Part shown: piece after piece, positions 51,686 to 64,000 of the stretch
Numbering within the stretch: position 1 is the stretch's first letter
How the letters are laid out: every line of letters begins with the position of its first letter
DNA from: Centroscyllium fabricii
Taxonomy: Eukaryota
Reading direction: 5' to 3'
Length of the DNA stretch: 64,000 nt
Assembly (NCBI GenBank): GCA_051313645.2
Contig: JBNRSN020000008.1
Span: 121,644,001-121,708,000 of the forward strand
The notes under the pieces: generated by a model
What the model was told of the DNA's origin: nothing
The model's input: only the letters and a program-made list of their open reading frames with translations
Database searches by the model: none
Translations under genes and position numbers: made by a program

Positions 51686-53227
51686 ATGTGCGAGCATAAT
51701 CTGCTAAATTCAGGCTATGTCGGCTCCCTGTTAAATTTTACCAGCCCGGACCCCTTCTACTTCCCCAACCTGCGTCCGAATGGGGCTCAACTGGCAACTC
51801 TGTCGCCAGCACTCTCCTATACCCGCAGGGAGCTGTGCTCGCTCCCGTGGACTTCCAGTCCGTGCGCATCGCCGCCGCAGAGCCGCGCCTTCAACGGCTA
51901 CTCTCAGTCCTATCTCAGCAACTCAGTCTCCATCAGCATCAATAGGCATGGATCAGACAAGGCAGCAGCCGGCGAAGAGCCCAACAAATACTTCTTCCAA
52001 GACAGCAGTCGAAAACTGGAGGAGAGATGCAGACACAATCAGTCTTATCCAAGTGATGCCAGCATCCCCTCTTCAGTCAACATCAATCCTGCCAAGTACG
52101 AGTACCCAAACGTGGAAACATCTCTGCATGGCTCGTCATTACATAATCAAGGCTTTGAATTGAATTCCAACTCTCCCACTGTAAATGAAGGCATCAAGCA
52201 ATGTGTGAGCCTCAATATGTCATTACAGTCATCAGTAACGCCAGTATGCAACAGATCCTCCGATGGTATAGTATCACTGTAATATTAAAGCGATTATCAT
52301 TTGAAAACTGCAGCATCCCTCATTTACCAAAGTGCTACCTGTCACCTTCACGTGAATTTCAAATATCGAACATCAAACAATGATCCTGGAACACTGGTGC
52401 TTATTGCAATCAGAACCATCAGGAAAATAATTATTCTAAATACAAAAATGATTAGGACGAGATAATGAACCACAATACTGAAAGCATGGGAGCAGTCCAT
52501 GTGTGATAGCTGGAATTACTCGAAATAACAAGTTAAATTGCAACGTTTAATTTCTAGCTAACATTTAAATAATGAAGAAATCGTAACTGTGCCCTGAATC
52601 TTTCGCCATTTTATTAAAAGCCAATATTTCAGGGAGGTTCCTTTGTTCGGATTTATAATTGGCGAGTTTTCTGCGGCAAAGACTACAGCATATTAAGATG
52701 TTTGAACGCTTTATTTAAATATGTTATTTGTGCTATTTAGCTAGCTTATCGTGTCATATAATAGTTTACCAGTGTTGCTCTTTATTTATAAAGACCACGG
52801 GTCACAAAAATTGACATTGTTTTGTCGAAGTTTTGACATCATTTCTAAAAAGAGCAACAATAGGAATGCTGCAATGCCAACAAAGTTATTGTCTAAACTA
52901 ACACTGAAAATTTAAATCATTTTGGGGTGGAAGGGGTGGTGAAATGTTTCAATTATTTCAGCCTTTTTTTCTCAATTTCGATTTGCAGGGCTGCCATGGT
53001 GTCCAACCCAAGTGAGGTCAAGGCGGAAACGCAAGCCGTACACAAAGCAACAAATAGCTGAACTTGAAAACGAATTTCTTGCGAACGAGTTTATCAATCG
53101 ACAGAAGAGGAAAGAGTTGTCCGATAGACTGAATCTAAGCGACCAGCAAGTGAAAATCTGGTTTCAAAACCGGCGCATGAAAAAGAAAAGACTTGTAATG
53201 CGCGAACAAACACTCTCACTCTTTTAG
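51686..53227 (+). CDS. hoxd12: Homeobox D12; exons 51686-52265 and 52989-53227; 272 aa
   Basis: [18 protein letters not shown]...[16 protein letters not shown]; DG|LPW junction; homeodomain [58 protein letters not shown]. Confidence 0.97.
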
Positions 53228-56200
53228 GCCAAAGTAACGTTCAAATGTGAGTTTCAAGGTCGTGAGTTGAACTTTTTATGGTAATTAAGCTTGCTTGCAG
53301 AAAGCATGTAGATCAAGAATATCCATTGTTTTAATGGATAGGTGCTCCTTTGATGTGCTGTCATATAAAACAGCAATCTAACATTGCATTGCCACTGCCA
53401 CTAGTCCAGGGCGTGTTGGTTTAGTTAAACATCAGCAACGTACAGGGACTGAGATGCAAACTATGGATACCTCGTGAACATTTGCTATAGCAGGACATTG
53501 ATCGCTAGGCACACATTTGACTAATTATGGTCTGTCCTTCGCTGTCCGCGGACAACGTGCCGACGTCTTCTCATCATCATTTATTAGTTTCAAAGACATT
53601 TGTAATTGTTTTGTTTCCTCAATTTGTAAGAGAGTCACTCGAGTAACAAGCAGATATTCTGCATTTTGAGAAATGTAAGTACAACAGGTCATTGGAATGG
53701 AACATTCGTATTTTAATCTTAAATATAGACATATTATGCATGCACTCTACCTATGTAAATTGAGATCCAATTGAGATCCAATAAAAAGAACAACTAAGCA
53801 ATTTTTCATTTGTATATACAACTGATGTTGGTTTGTAATCGCGCTGTGAAACTGGAGCCGGAGCGGATTCATTCAAAGGTGTGTGGAGATCTGATAAGAA
53901 TGTATACCTGACCAGGAGTAATACACTTGTTTGTGGAAAACAATGCGTTTACGGGATAAATGATGGCGATATGTGTGGATTTTAATTAGAAGGAAGGAAA
54001 GCTGCTGGTTGAAGTTCTGAGCCTGACTTCAGTATAGGTGGGCGGTGTTCTTTTCAAAACTGCGACGACCTCCACTTGGCAGGTCAGAGTTGTTTTGCTA
54101 AAATTACACGTGAATCCGATGAATAGAATAAAATTAATAAGCAACGGTGCCAGAAATTAAAAATAATAAATAAAACACGCGGGTGATAAACTGTTATTGA
54201 ACTGTATTTTTCTTGGGTTCTCTAAAGGCCCATATTGAACACAATAAAAATAAAGAAACACGCCTCTCCAACTTGTTTTCTACAATTGATTTATTGCCGT
54301 TCTTTTACTCCAGTAACATTGGACGCCTAATTCATGAATAAGTTTCAATATTTATACACTAGCGATTAATTCAGAACACAACATCTGCACCTGATGCATG
54401 AGTTACGGGATTGGAAAATATGAATCGCCGTATCGACACATTACAGGGTTCACAGTGTCGGAATCAATCGTTTTCAAATGAGCGCATTATCGTTGGAACA
54501 GTATTGGCTGATGACTGCACACGCGAACTCATTTTGGTCAATCACATTTCTAAAGTATCTTTATAATATCGCAGCGTTTACCGATCAAATTTAGGTTTTT
54601 ATGCAAAATCTCGCGGGGTGCTGGAAATTCTGATTGATGAAAGATAAAGGAGGTCGAATCGAGATTAAATGAGACAGATATTTATTTTCAGTTGTGTTCT
54701 TGTACACCAATATTCAAGTGAAATCAGTGCACCAATTGAAACTACACAATATATAAAGACATCCCGCGGTCACCACTCTTATTTTTATTCTACTGGGTTT
54801 TGATTTGGCAACAAGCGATTTAACTCTCTCGTTTGAGCGTTGTTACCTAACACCTTCCTATTTTTACTTATGACTGACCGCTATTTTATTCGAAGCAAAA
54901 TACTAACGGGCCCCTCTATGTAAAACGTGTCTATTAATTTATAATAATTCACATTCTTAATCGCCAGAAAAAATAAGTAACCATAAGTGCAAATAATTAA
55001 AGGCAATCTTTCACGAAATAATATGACTAAAATCATCTATTCTTTTCTGCAATTGGAAAATGATTTGACCCGGGTGTAGGGCGTCACGTACTTGATTCAC
55101 TTGAAACGAGAATGAGACTTTTCTTCATCAATTTTATACAGGTTGACGATTCAACTCGCAATTGGGACACACGTTTCATCGAAATTACTGTTTGTATTGA
55201 ACTATGGAAATAATGTTTGGGTTTCAGAGAATGGAGTCAAGTGCTATCAACCCCTTTGATAATTATTATTTCACTTTCCTTTTATGGGCAACGCCATTGT
55301 CGCGTCCTACTTAGTGAATTTGTTGATTTGACGGCTTCAAGTATGGCAGATTTTTAATTCATTTAAAGGTGTCAAATTTTGTTTTGATGTAAATAAGTTA
55401 TGCTTGTTAATGAATGAGGGTTGATGGACAACGTTTTTCTACTTGAGTTTGGGCAGTTAGCTGACGATGTAAGCGAGAATGAATTGGATGCAGCCACTTC
55501 GCTTCTCATTCTAGCAAATCAGGACGTGGGTGGCCAGAAAACAGCCAGTTACATCAAACCCCGCCATTTGTCTGGACTCCCATTAATTAAACATGCGCCG
55601 TACGATTTCATGAACCCTTTAAGAATCTTTATTGAACTATATCAACGCAAAGATATATTCTCAGATTAAATGTAATTAAATATTTCATTCTGAGTATTTT
55701 ACTGACTTTACCTGTTTGATATTCACGAACAACGTTTCATGGGACTTAAATATGTCAAGAGAATATGTCGACAATTAGGTCTGGGGGCGATGGAAATATG
55801 CTTATGAAATTCAAAGAATTTTTTCAGGCAAATATGTAAATGAGACTTGCGGTGCAAACAATGCACGCACATATTTAAAATTATTTTAGTGAAATTGAAT
55901 TGATCCCAGGTTGTTATTCAATTATTTGCTCTTGTCAAATCGGCGTTTCATGTCTCTAGTCCCTGGGCTTCATGGTTGCAGCAAGTACATGAAAGAAGTG
56001 CAGATATCTGCAGCCCAGACGTTACTTACAAGAACACGCTTCTACATTGTTTGGACCATGGCATTGAAAATAAAGGTTTCTATTATTGTCGAGACCTTTT
56101 TTACATTTCAGAAAGACAGGTGCTGTGGAAGAGAATACTTTAAACTAGGCTACTCTGAAGTAGAGGTTCCTGCATAACCACTGGACGTGAAATATGTATT

Positions 56201-57039
56201 TAAATATTCAAAGATACCATCAAATTCAATTGCATGAAGTTTGCAAAAACGTTTGCATAAAATCGTACGTACCTCTGCCATTAAATTCAATTAAAACGAA
56301 TGCATGCAGTAGTTTATAAATACATTGCTCACTTTTTAGAAAGTTAATGTAGAATTAGCGTAAACCTATCGAGTCTATTGAATGTGATTAGCTTGTTTCA
56401 GAAACACTGTAATCTAATAAAAACGCCTGGTAGGTTTGCAGTATGGGCGAATGATTCTGAGGGAGCTCCAACCGAGCACAAGAGGGCCGTCCGCAAGCGC
56501 CACGTTAGAAAATATATCGAAACAAATCTAACCACCAATTCGTCGGAAATTACGTATGTCGTAGCAGACTCTAGAAAGTCCTACATATTTTAATGCATGT
56601 TCATCCATATGTAAGATATATTTAAAAATCAATGAAACCATGCATCGGCTACCGTTGTTACCGCGATTGCACTTCTAGTTCAAGTATTCATTTAAAAACA
56701 GAGACCCCAGTATTTCGGAACTGTGAATTGACTTCCAAATTGAATTAGAAACGGACCAAAAATGACTATCGCTATGGTTTTCTAGCGGCTGCTGCTACGT
56801 TTTGGGGACTGATCAGTCCTGAGCGTGGTGCTGAATTTCAGAATGCTTTCCGTGTGTATTATACCGCAAGTGCCACATCATTCCAGGCTCTTAGTTACAT
56901 TAATTTGTTGGATCATTGTAACTAAAATAAATTGCTGTAGCATCGAAATGTATTGTTGTAACTAGGTTATTATATTTGGAGTAGTATTTGCAATTGGGAA
57001 TGTGTCCGACATTACGTCGAATTGCTTGGAATCTCTTTT

Positions 57040-57140
57040 TCATCTCACTTTTATGGGTCGAGCTGCCAGACGGTGTCTGTGCATGTTCTCCAGATACTGG
57101 GGGCGCCATAACAAAGTTAAGGTCAAGTTAGTGTCTCTTT
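57040..57140. promoter_or_regulatory. Candidate conserved element between hoxd12 and hoxd11 (region X-like)
   Basis: TTTTATGG (Cdx/Abd-B), CTGGGGGCGCC (CTCF-like), CCATAACAAAG and TAAGGTCA clustered within 100 bp. Confidence 0.45.
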
Positions 57141-59754
57141 TTGGACTGCACAAGTCTAACCGACCTACTGATCGTGGACTTTGTTTGACTAATGAGATTT
57201 TTTTTCCACATTCGAAATACTTAATGTTGCGTGCAGTGCAAAAAAGCAAAGGAGAAGCTAAAATGTTGCCAGGGAAGTCAACGAGAAACAGCAGATCGTC
57301 GACTTGAAGAATTGCGGAAGAAAAAAATACGTCCGACAATCTTGCTTCGTACATCGCCTTTTGTTGCCTGTATGTAAGAGAATAATGATCCTAACTTCGA
57401 TACTATAACACCCTTGGTTTAGTATACCAGAACCGCATTTGATTCCTCGTCAACGTTAAACAGCGTTTTAGGTATTTGTCGACAATTGGTATTGAAAACA
57501 GGCCGAACTGATCATCTGAACACGAGACGAGAACAAAGGACACGTTTAATTCCCTTTCTATTTACGGCTATTGCCACATTATTGAACCGGATCTTTTAGT
57601 ATCATTGATTAATGCTACTTGATGCCCAATTTGTACTAATATGTATTTTTGTAACAGTTAATTCTTGGAAATTACATCGAGACCATTGCCAGTGCATTTA
57701 AGTTTAACAGCTATTATATGGAACAACAAAAGTCATATTAATTAAGCCAATTCTATAATCTATGAACAGAACACACAATTGATGATGCTTTTATTAATTA
57801 TACAAAGGAAAAATTACATTCCAACACAACATTTAAAAATGCATGTATATATGTTAGATAGGGGTGTCGCATTTCAAATTATTGTGCAGGAATACTGTTC
57901 GACGTGCTGTTCCACTGTTTAATATGGCTTTACCTCATTTTCCTGTATCAGTGACCACTGACTATAGGCTAGATCACTCCGTTGTTTTACATTAGGAGAT
58001 TTCAATCTTTGATTTAATATGGTTAACTATCATTATTATTTTACAATACACAAAGACAACACTGCGTTTTGGTTCTCACTAATTAAAACAATACATTGAC
58101 ACAATATTTATGCTGACAACGACCGGATCTCAAATTTTATATCTGTGTGTTCAGGTTTGGTGCTAATGGAGCAACGATTTGTTGCTTTCAAATCATTCAT
58201 TTGAATCTATATTTTAGGAAAATTACTCTACAACCAAAAAATTGTTCCTTCAATAATCAACAGTATATACGTTTCCATTATGTTTTCATTCGGGGAAGTG
58301 GAACCTGGGGTCTAATCCTCAGATTACTTGAGTTGATTATACAGAATCTTGATCTAATCGGTCAGATACAGACATAATAAATTGTGTATTTTAATCTGAC
58401 AAAAGTAAACAAATATTGATCGGACAACAACGTGCTGTTTGGTCGTATGGATAATGACATGTATTCCTTGATGAATGTATAAAAGTAAATATGTACATGA
58501 ATAGAAATGTTGGCATCATTAAATAGGATTATTTTCCCCGTGAAGCTCTTTTCCCTTAAATCAATTGGGATTTAACAGTTACCTACAAGCATCCGCTGGC
58601 TTTACTTTCGCTTGTGTGGTCGTCACTTAAAAGGGCAGAGTGCAGTACACATATGTAGATTCAAGCACTTTTCAAATAATCAGCTTCGTGCAAATTAATC
58701 TATTTTGAAAAGAATGATCTAAATTCTGAGAATGGGGCAGGCTACGGAATAACTCGCAAATGCGCTTGTTTTAATTCTTGGAGCACCCAAATCACGTTCC
58801 CGCTTCAATAACATAACTTTTTATTTGCAAATATGTATTTTGTAAGTTATGCAAATCATGAATATGAATTTTTGACATTACAATGAGAAAATTACAGATC
58901 GAGAAATCCTGGTATTTTCGAAATAATCTAAATATATAGTGCAGCCATATTCTGATGTTAGTACAAAAGTGGTGCTTTAAACTTCAAAATCTTGTTTAAT
59001 TTACATATTTACGGTTTATACTGAATATGGCGTTAAATCCACACGGTCACTGGACGATTACTTTGCGTAATGTAAACAATAATACATATTTTCCAAATAC
59101 GATCATACGTTTTTGATGAAGAAAAATCGTTTGGGAGATGTAACGTAATAAGCTAGGCAGTAGAGAATGGCTCCCATTTGCATATTCTTGTCAATGTGCC
59201 AACCTCGATATAACAAATTGGAGGGAACGGCTAGAAATCACTGTGTTCGAAATACCTAAGTGAATAGTGCCGTTATCGTCCTTTACTTTAATACACATTC
59301 CACTTAAGTTCCTTACTATGAGACATAATGAAAATTCTATTCACACATCAATCCGACCTTGAAGTATAGCTCAGTCTGTATCTTGTAATTCGGTTCACCA
59401 ACACAAAATGGCTTGGAAATCCGCTTTGTTGCCCGTGGAATGCTGTAATATTTAAAATGTAATGTTTGCATTCTGCCTGTTTGGCAGAATATGGCTTTAT
59501 ATTATGAATATGAACTGGACAGCTAATGAAACACCAGTGATGTTTTTCAAGTTTCCAAAAATAGAAAGGCATCTGTGACAGACTATGCTGTGTAAATTAC
59601 ATTTTTGTTATAGTGTTTGTTTTATCTTTAGTCAGAGCACAAATCTTTGAAACTGGGAGCCGGACCTTGCAGCGCCTAAAAACCGATCGGCTCATTTCGG
59701 GAGTATTACCTACAAGTTCCTAAGGATGGATCTTAATGACCAAAACTGATATAT

Positions 59755-59860
59755 GGTAATTTCTACATTGGATCACATGACTCGTTTACCCTCAGAATCA
59801 ATCAAGATGAATTGCACGTCAGCTTACGTTTCCAATTTTTTTCTTTCGCGGACCCCGTTC
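59755..59860 (+). promoter_or_regulatory. hoxd11 proximal promoter block
   Basis: attggatcacatgac (CCAAT plus E-box-like), aatcaatcaag and tgcacgtcagcttacg, typical of Hox11 promoters, just upstream of the CDS. Confidence 0.55.
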
Positions 59861-59943
59861 ATACGCCTTTAGAGTAGAATAGATGGAGCATGTTTAACGC
59901 CATCAATCCTGCTAATTCGTCCTCGCAACCCCGAAAACAAAAC

Positions 59944-61339
59944 ATGACTGAGTTTGAAGACCGCAGTAGCTGCACCTCGAGTATGTATCTACCCAGCTGC
60001 ACGTACTATGTTTCAGCCCCAGAGTTCTCGTCAGTGTCAGCGTTTTTACCGCAGACCACTTCTTGCCAAATGACATTTCCTTATTCCTCTAACTTAGCCC
60101 AGGTTCAACCTGTCCGAGAAGTGTCGTTCAGAGATTACGGGTTAGAACATCCGACTAAGTGGCATTACAGGGGCAATTATGCTCCTTATTGCTCTGCAGA
60201 AGAAATAATGCATAGGGACTATATCCAGCCACCGAGCAGGACGGGAATGTTGTTTAAAAATGATACTGTATACAGTCAGCGTGGAAGCTCAAATCCATCT
60301 TGCAATTTCTACACCACAGTTGGCAGGAATGGAATACTTCCTCAAGGTTTTGATCAATTTTTTGAGACAGCCTATGGGATTTCTGACTCTTCCAATTATG
60401 AACAGTTGACCGAAAAGTCCTTGTCTACGTGCCAGAGTATCACAGCATCTGAGAAAGTGCCTTCCAGCCAGGAGAAAGAAAGTCCAACCGAAAAGAGCAC
60501 CGTCGAATCCTCCGGTAACAGTGCGGCCGAGAAAGGCAGCCTATCCAGTAGGTGCAGCAGTAACCCGGGGTTAGAATACAGGGCCAACACATTTTGTGTC
60601 ACAGATTTTATGTGAAATTTTATAAGCAGACGAAGGATTTTATATACCCTATAAGATCTGCTTTAAAGTTGTAAAGGTTGTTTACGATGGGAAATCAGTT
60701 TAGGTGGGCTTTTTGAATCTGCAAAATTACGAATAGTCGATTTTAACTTTCTGCAATGATGTCGGTAATGTCATTGCAATTTGATCTGAGGGTATTTCCT
60801 TTTCAATTCATTGCAAATACTTTTCGTTCATACCAACAAGGCAAGGTTTCGTTTGTGATGTGTTCTGCTATTGTTGCTTTCAATATGTATATAAACAAAA
60901 ACAAAAGTCGTAAAAGAAAATGCAAATAGATTCATTAAAAAAAAACTTTATGAAGAAATAAATAATGCTATCAGGGTATATTAGAAGAGTCAATCACGAA
61001 CATTTTTTTGCGTCGTTTCACGTTTAGTTTAACTAAGTGCAAGGAAGTAAGAGTAGGTCTGTTGGTTGATAATGTGTAACGTTATGTTTTAACATATTTC
61101 CATCAGCTGCTCTGCGATCCCGAAAGAAAAGATGTCCTTACACCAAATACCAAATCCGGGAACTTGAACGAGAGTTTTTCTTCAATGTCTACATAAACAA
61201 AGAAAAACGCCTGCAGTTGTCGAGAATGTTGAACCTCACCGACCGCCAAGTCAAAATCTGGTTCCAGAATCGAAGAATGAAAGAAAAGAAGCTCAGCAGA
61301 GACCGCCTGCACTTTTTCACTGGTAACCCTTTATTGTGA
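59944..61339 (+). CDS. hoxd11: Homeobox D11; exons 59944-60547 and 61107-61339; 278 aa (an in-frame upstream ATG exists at 59890)
   Basis: [46 protein letters not shown]; donor A|GTAGGT, acceptor catcag|; homeodomain [73 protein letters not shown]. Confidence 0.97.
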
Positions 61340-62111
61340 CTATGAATGCAGCTTACACTGTTGGATTCTCTTCGACCAACTCTCCATTGCCTTAGTCGAT
61401 ATTTATTTACACAAGGAGGGACTGCAAGAATGAGGGAACCGTTCTGTCGTTCTTATGTGGAAACCAGACTGTCCTTATTACGATTGACGTAGAATCAGAT
61501 TTAAGGTGACACGGTTGTGCAGAAACATGGGCGTAATGTTTATTAAGGAACATTCTTACCTCAGCATTTGTGTTATTCAATTCCAACCGAAGAAGCTTGA
61601 TTCTGCGGGATATTCAGGGCAAGAGGGAGCAGAGTGCTCATTTTAAACAATAAATCGGGGTAATAGAGGGCTGAAATGGAACAATCGTTCGTTCACAGCG
61701 ATGGGTCAATCAGATAATATAGTATTTTCTTTTGTTGTTTATAGCCAAACTAACCAAAATTGTTCAAGTTTTGTGTGTTCTCATGAAAAGAAGAAATGCA
61801 TATTTATTATTTTACTTTTTACATTGTATTTCATCAGTTAACTATAACATACCGTAGCTAGAGATGTCTAAAGCAGTTGTAATGTTAATAATTCTGTTTT
61901 AAGGTTACAAACTAGTTGACATTTCATGGTAACCACGTGTTTTTACTCAAATCAATAAAAGCCTTATATGAAATGTTATAAATAAAAAAAATGAAAGACT
62001 ATTTGAGTTTATTTAAGCAGACCTGATACAGAATGTCACCAATGGCTCCAAATGATACAAATATTGTTGATCTCTGAAATACAATAAAAAGCAAACATTG
62101 CAGTTTACTGT

Positions 62112-62201
62112 ACACAAGGCAACATACTGCGAATACTGGAAACCTGAAATATCACAGATGCTGCCTGACCTGCTGAGCATTTCCAGCATTTTCTGTTTAT
62201 G
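62112..62201. mobile_element. 90-bp Penelope-derived insertion just 3' of hoxd11
   Basis: cagatgctgcctgacctgctgagcatttccagcattttctgttt matches 39288-39330; 14-bp direct repeat TTGCAGTTTACTGT at 62098-62111 and 62202-62215. Confidence 0.8.
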
Positions 62202-63004
62202 TTGCAGTTTACTGTCCCCGGCTCGTGTACTGTGCGTCTGCACGACTAGCCATTTAAGAAATAGTTCCTAGTGTACTAAAATACAAAAATGAACGCACCG
62301 AAATGAATGTTTCTGTTTAAAAGGAAAAGCTGAATGTTGGCCTGATGTTTTGCCGATAAACATGATAGCTGATTGCAATTTGCTTTTTCCATATTTCAAT
62401 TAAATATAATTATATCTGGAAATTAATTGATGAATCTATTTCGATTGTACGGTAAGAATAAAACAAAACCCAGCGTATATTCAAAAATAAACTGAACACC
62501 GGCAGCAGAGGAGCACTTATTTATAAATAAAATATGACAAATTGAAGCTCACCTCGGTATCTCTGTAACACAGCTTCTCAAAACGCTTACGTTTTTTTTC
62601 GAAAAAGAATTGCCACATTTCCGTCCCGCATGACATAGCATTGCTGTTTACAAAACCTTGAACTGTCTAGACAACATCGTAAAGTTCACTGCTCTAAACA
62701 GCTTAATGGCGACTTATTACACCTTCCAGTCACTAAGAAAGGCTTCCGCACTATACACCAAACAAAAGGATCGAGGGAAATCAAAGTAAATAGGACTGAC
62801 TAGAAGATTTTAAAAAGGAAGAAAAACACAAAGTCAATTAAATTTATAACGTCCAACATTTGAAAAAGTAAAATAAAATCTGGATCTCACATACATTACA
62901 TCAAACAAATCTGTTTAAATTAAGGAAGACCAGGGTGATACTGAAAATGTAGCATCGCCTCGTGAGCATACTAAAGTATATTTTGTAAGGAGAATTCTTA
63001 TAAT

Positions 63005-63165
63005 GTTGCCTTTGAACTTCTATAATGTCAAGGTCGTCACCTTTAACCTTTTTGAAGACATAGGCGCCTGGTGGCTGTTGGGTTGTGCATGCAGCTTCCC
63101 TCCTAAAGTAAAACAGACACTTCAACATCTAGAGCATGTTACCAAAGTGCGCATGCTTAAGGACA
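63005..63165. promoter_or_regulatory. Candidate conserved element between hoxd11 and hoxd10 (region VIII/IX-like) with nuclear-receptor half-sites
   Basis: TGAACT...TCAAGGTCGTCACCTTTAACCT at 63013-63049; GGCGCCTGGTGGC at 63063-63075; position matches known Hoxd11 3' regulatory regions; identity not aligned. Confidence 0.5.
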
Positions 63166-64000
63166 CATTCAGTCAAATGTGAGAAATGGCCCTGCCTTAT
63201 AATGTCTCTATTTTAACTGAGTATTTGTGCTTTTCACAAGTTTCATTCAGCAACACTTTTCAAAGGCATTTTGCACAACATAAATAATTACGAACACTCC
63301 TTTGTTATTCTATGCTTAATTTATAGGAAACATATCTTTCCATACAGGTTATTTACATACGAGCTGTACTAGTCAAAAATGTTCATCAAATGTTTATACA
63401 CTGTACCAATCACCCACGAGTGTCTCGGTTACCATGGAAATGGGGGAAATGTAATTTACGACTCAATAGTTGAAATTTCCAATGCAAGTCTGACCGTTCG
63501 ATTTTCTCTGTATCCTTGTAACGCACAATACTGATCCAAGTACGATTTTACTGCATATCTTACTTTAATTACCCATAACATCTATAATTTGATTAGGCTC
63601 GTTAAAAAGTGACAAAACAGCAAAGAGCGTTTACAGTGACACCCTTAACATTGCCAGCGATGGTTGGTTCTGCAAATAGCCACACGGCGGCGCACTGCCG
63701 CTCCGCGGCCCAGCCCAGCAATCGAGGTCTGTGGTAATGGCTTTCAGGAATGAACATGAAATTAACTGAAATAATGTAAGTATTACGAACGATAAAGTTC
63801 TCCTTGTTGCGGTCATATATCTGAAACATTATGTCGAAGTAAGGAATTAAATAAGATACAAGTGACTTAAATACAAAACAGCTCGTTGCACTCGTAAATT
63901 AATTTGGATTATTGCTCGCTTCAAAGATTAAGGGGTCACGTTCTTGTCGTAATAAGTCCAAGATAAATAAAAATCACTTTCCAATGACGTTATTTGGAGA

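Overview
Vertebrate genomic DNA, from a cartilaginous fish (shark) judging by the HE1/V-SINE, CR1 and Penelope repeats and the intact Hox14; the species cannot be fixed from sequence alone. The window covers the posterior end of the HoxD cluster and its neighbours. 1-17.8 kb is intron of lunapark (lnpk, - strand) packed with nested retroelements and MITEs; the first coding exon (MGVMLSCWR) is at 13656-13682 and a probable non-coding exon 1/CpG promoter is near 18.2 kb. An almost repeat-free, CpG-retaining block follows, with conserved non-coding elements, evx2 (-, 3 exons), and then on the + strand an intact three-exon Hox14 gene with a split homeobox (WFQNQR), hoxd13, hoxd12 and hoxd11. Main points: (i) the 14th-paralogue Hox gene between evx2 and hoxd13, fragmented in the ORF track; (ii) palindromic Penelope-derived insertions carrying minimal hammerhead-ribozyme motifs between Hox14 and hoxd13; (iii) a TA-targeting MITE family built from NRF1/YY1-like motif hairpins with variable cores; (iv) a near-intact CR1 and a TIR element tightly flanking the lnpk start-codon exon. 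Two N gaps lie at 22703-22882 and 23444-23607. Family names are from recall, not database searches.
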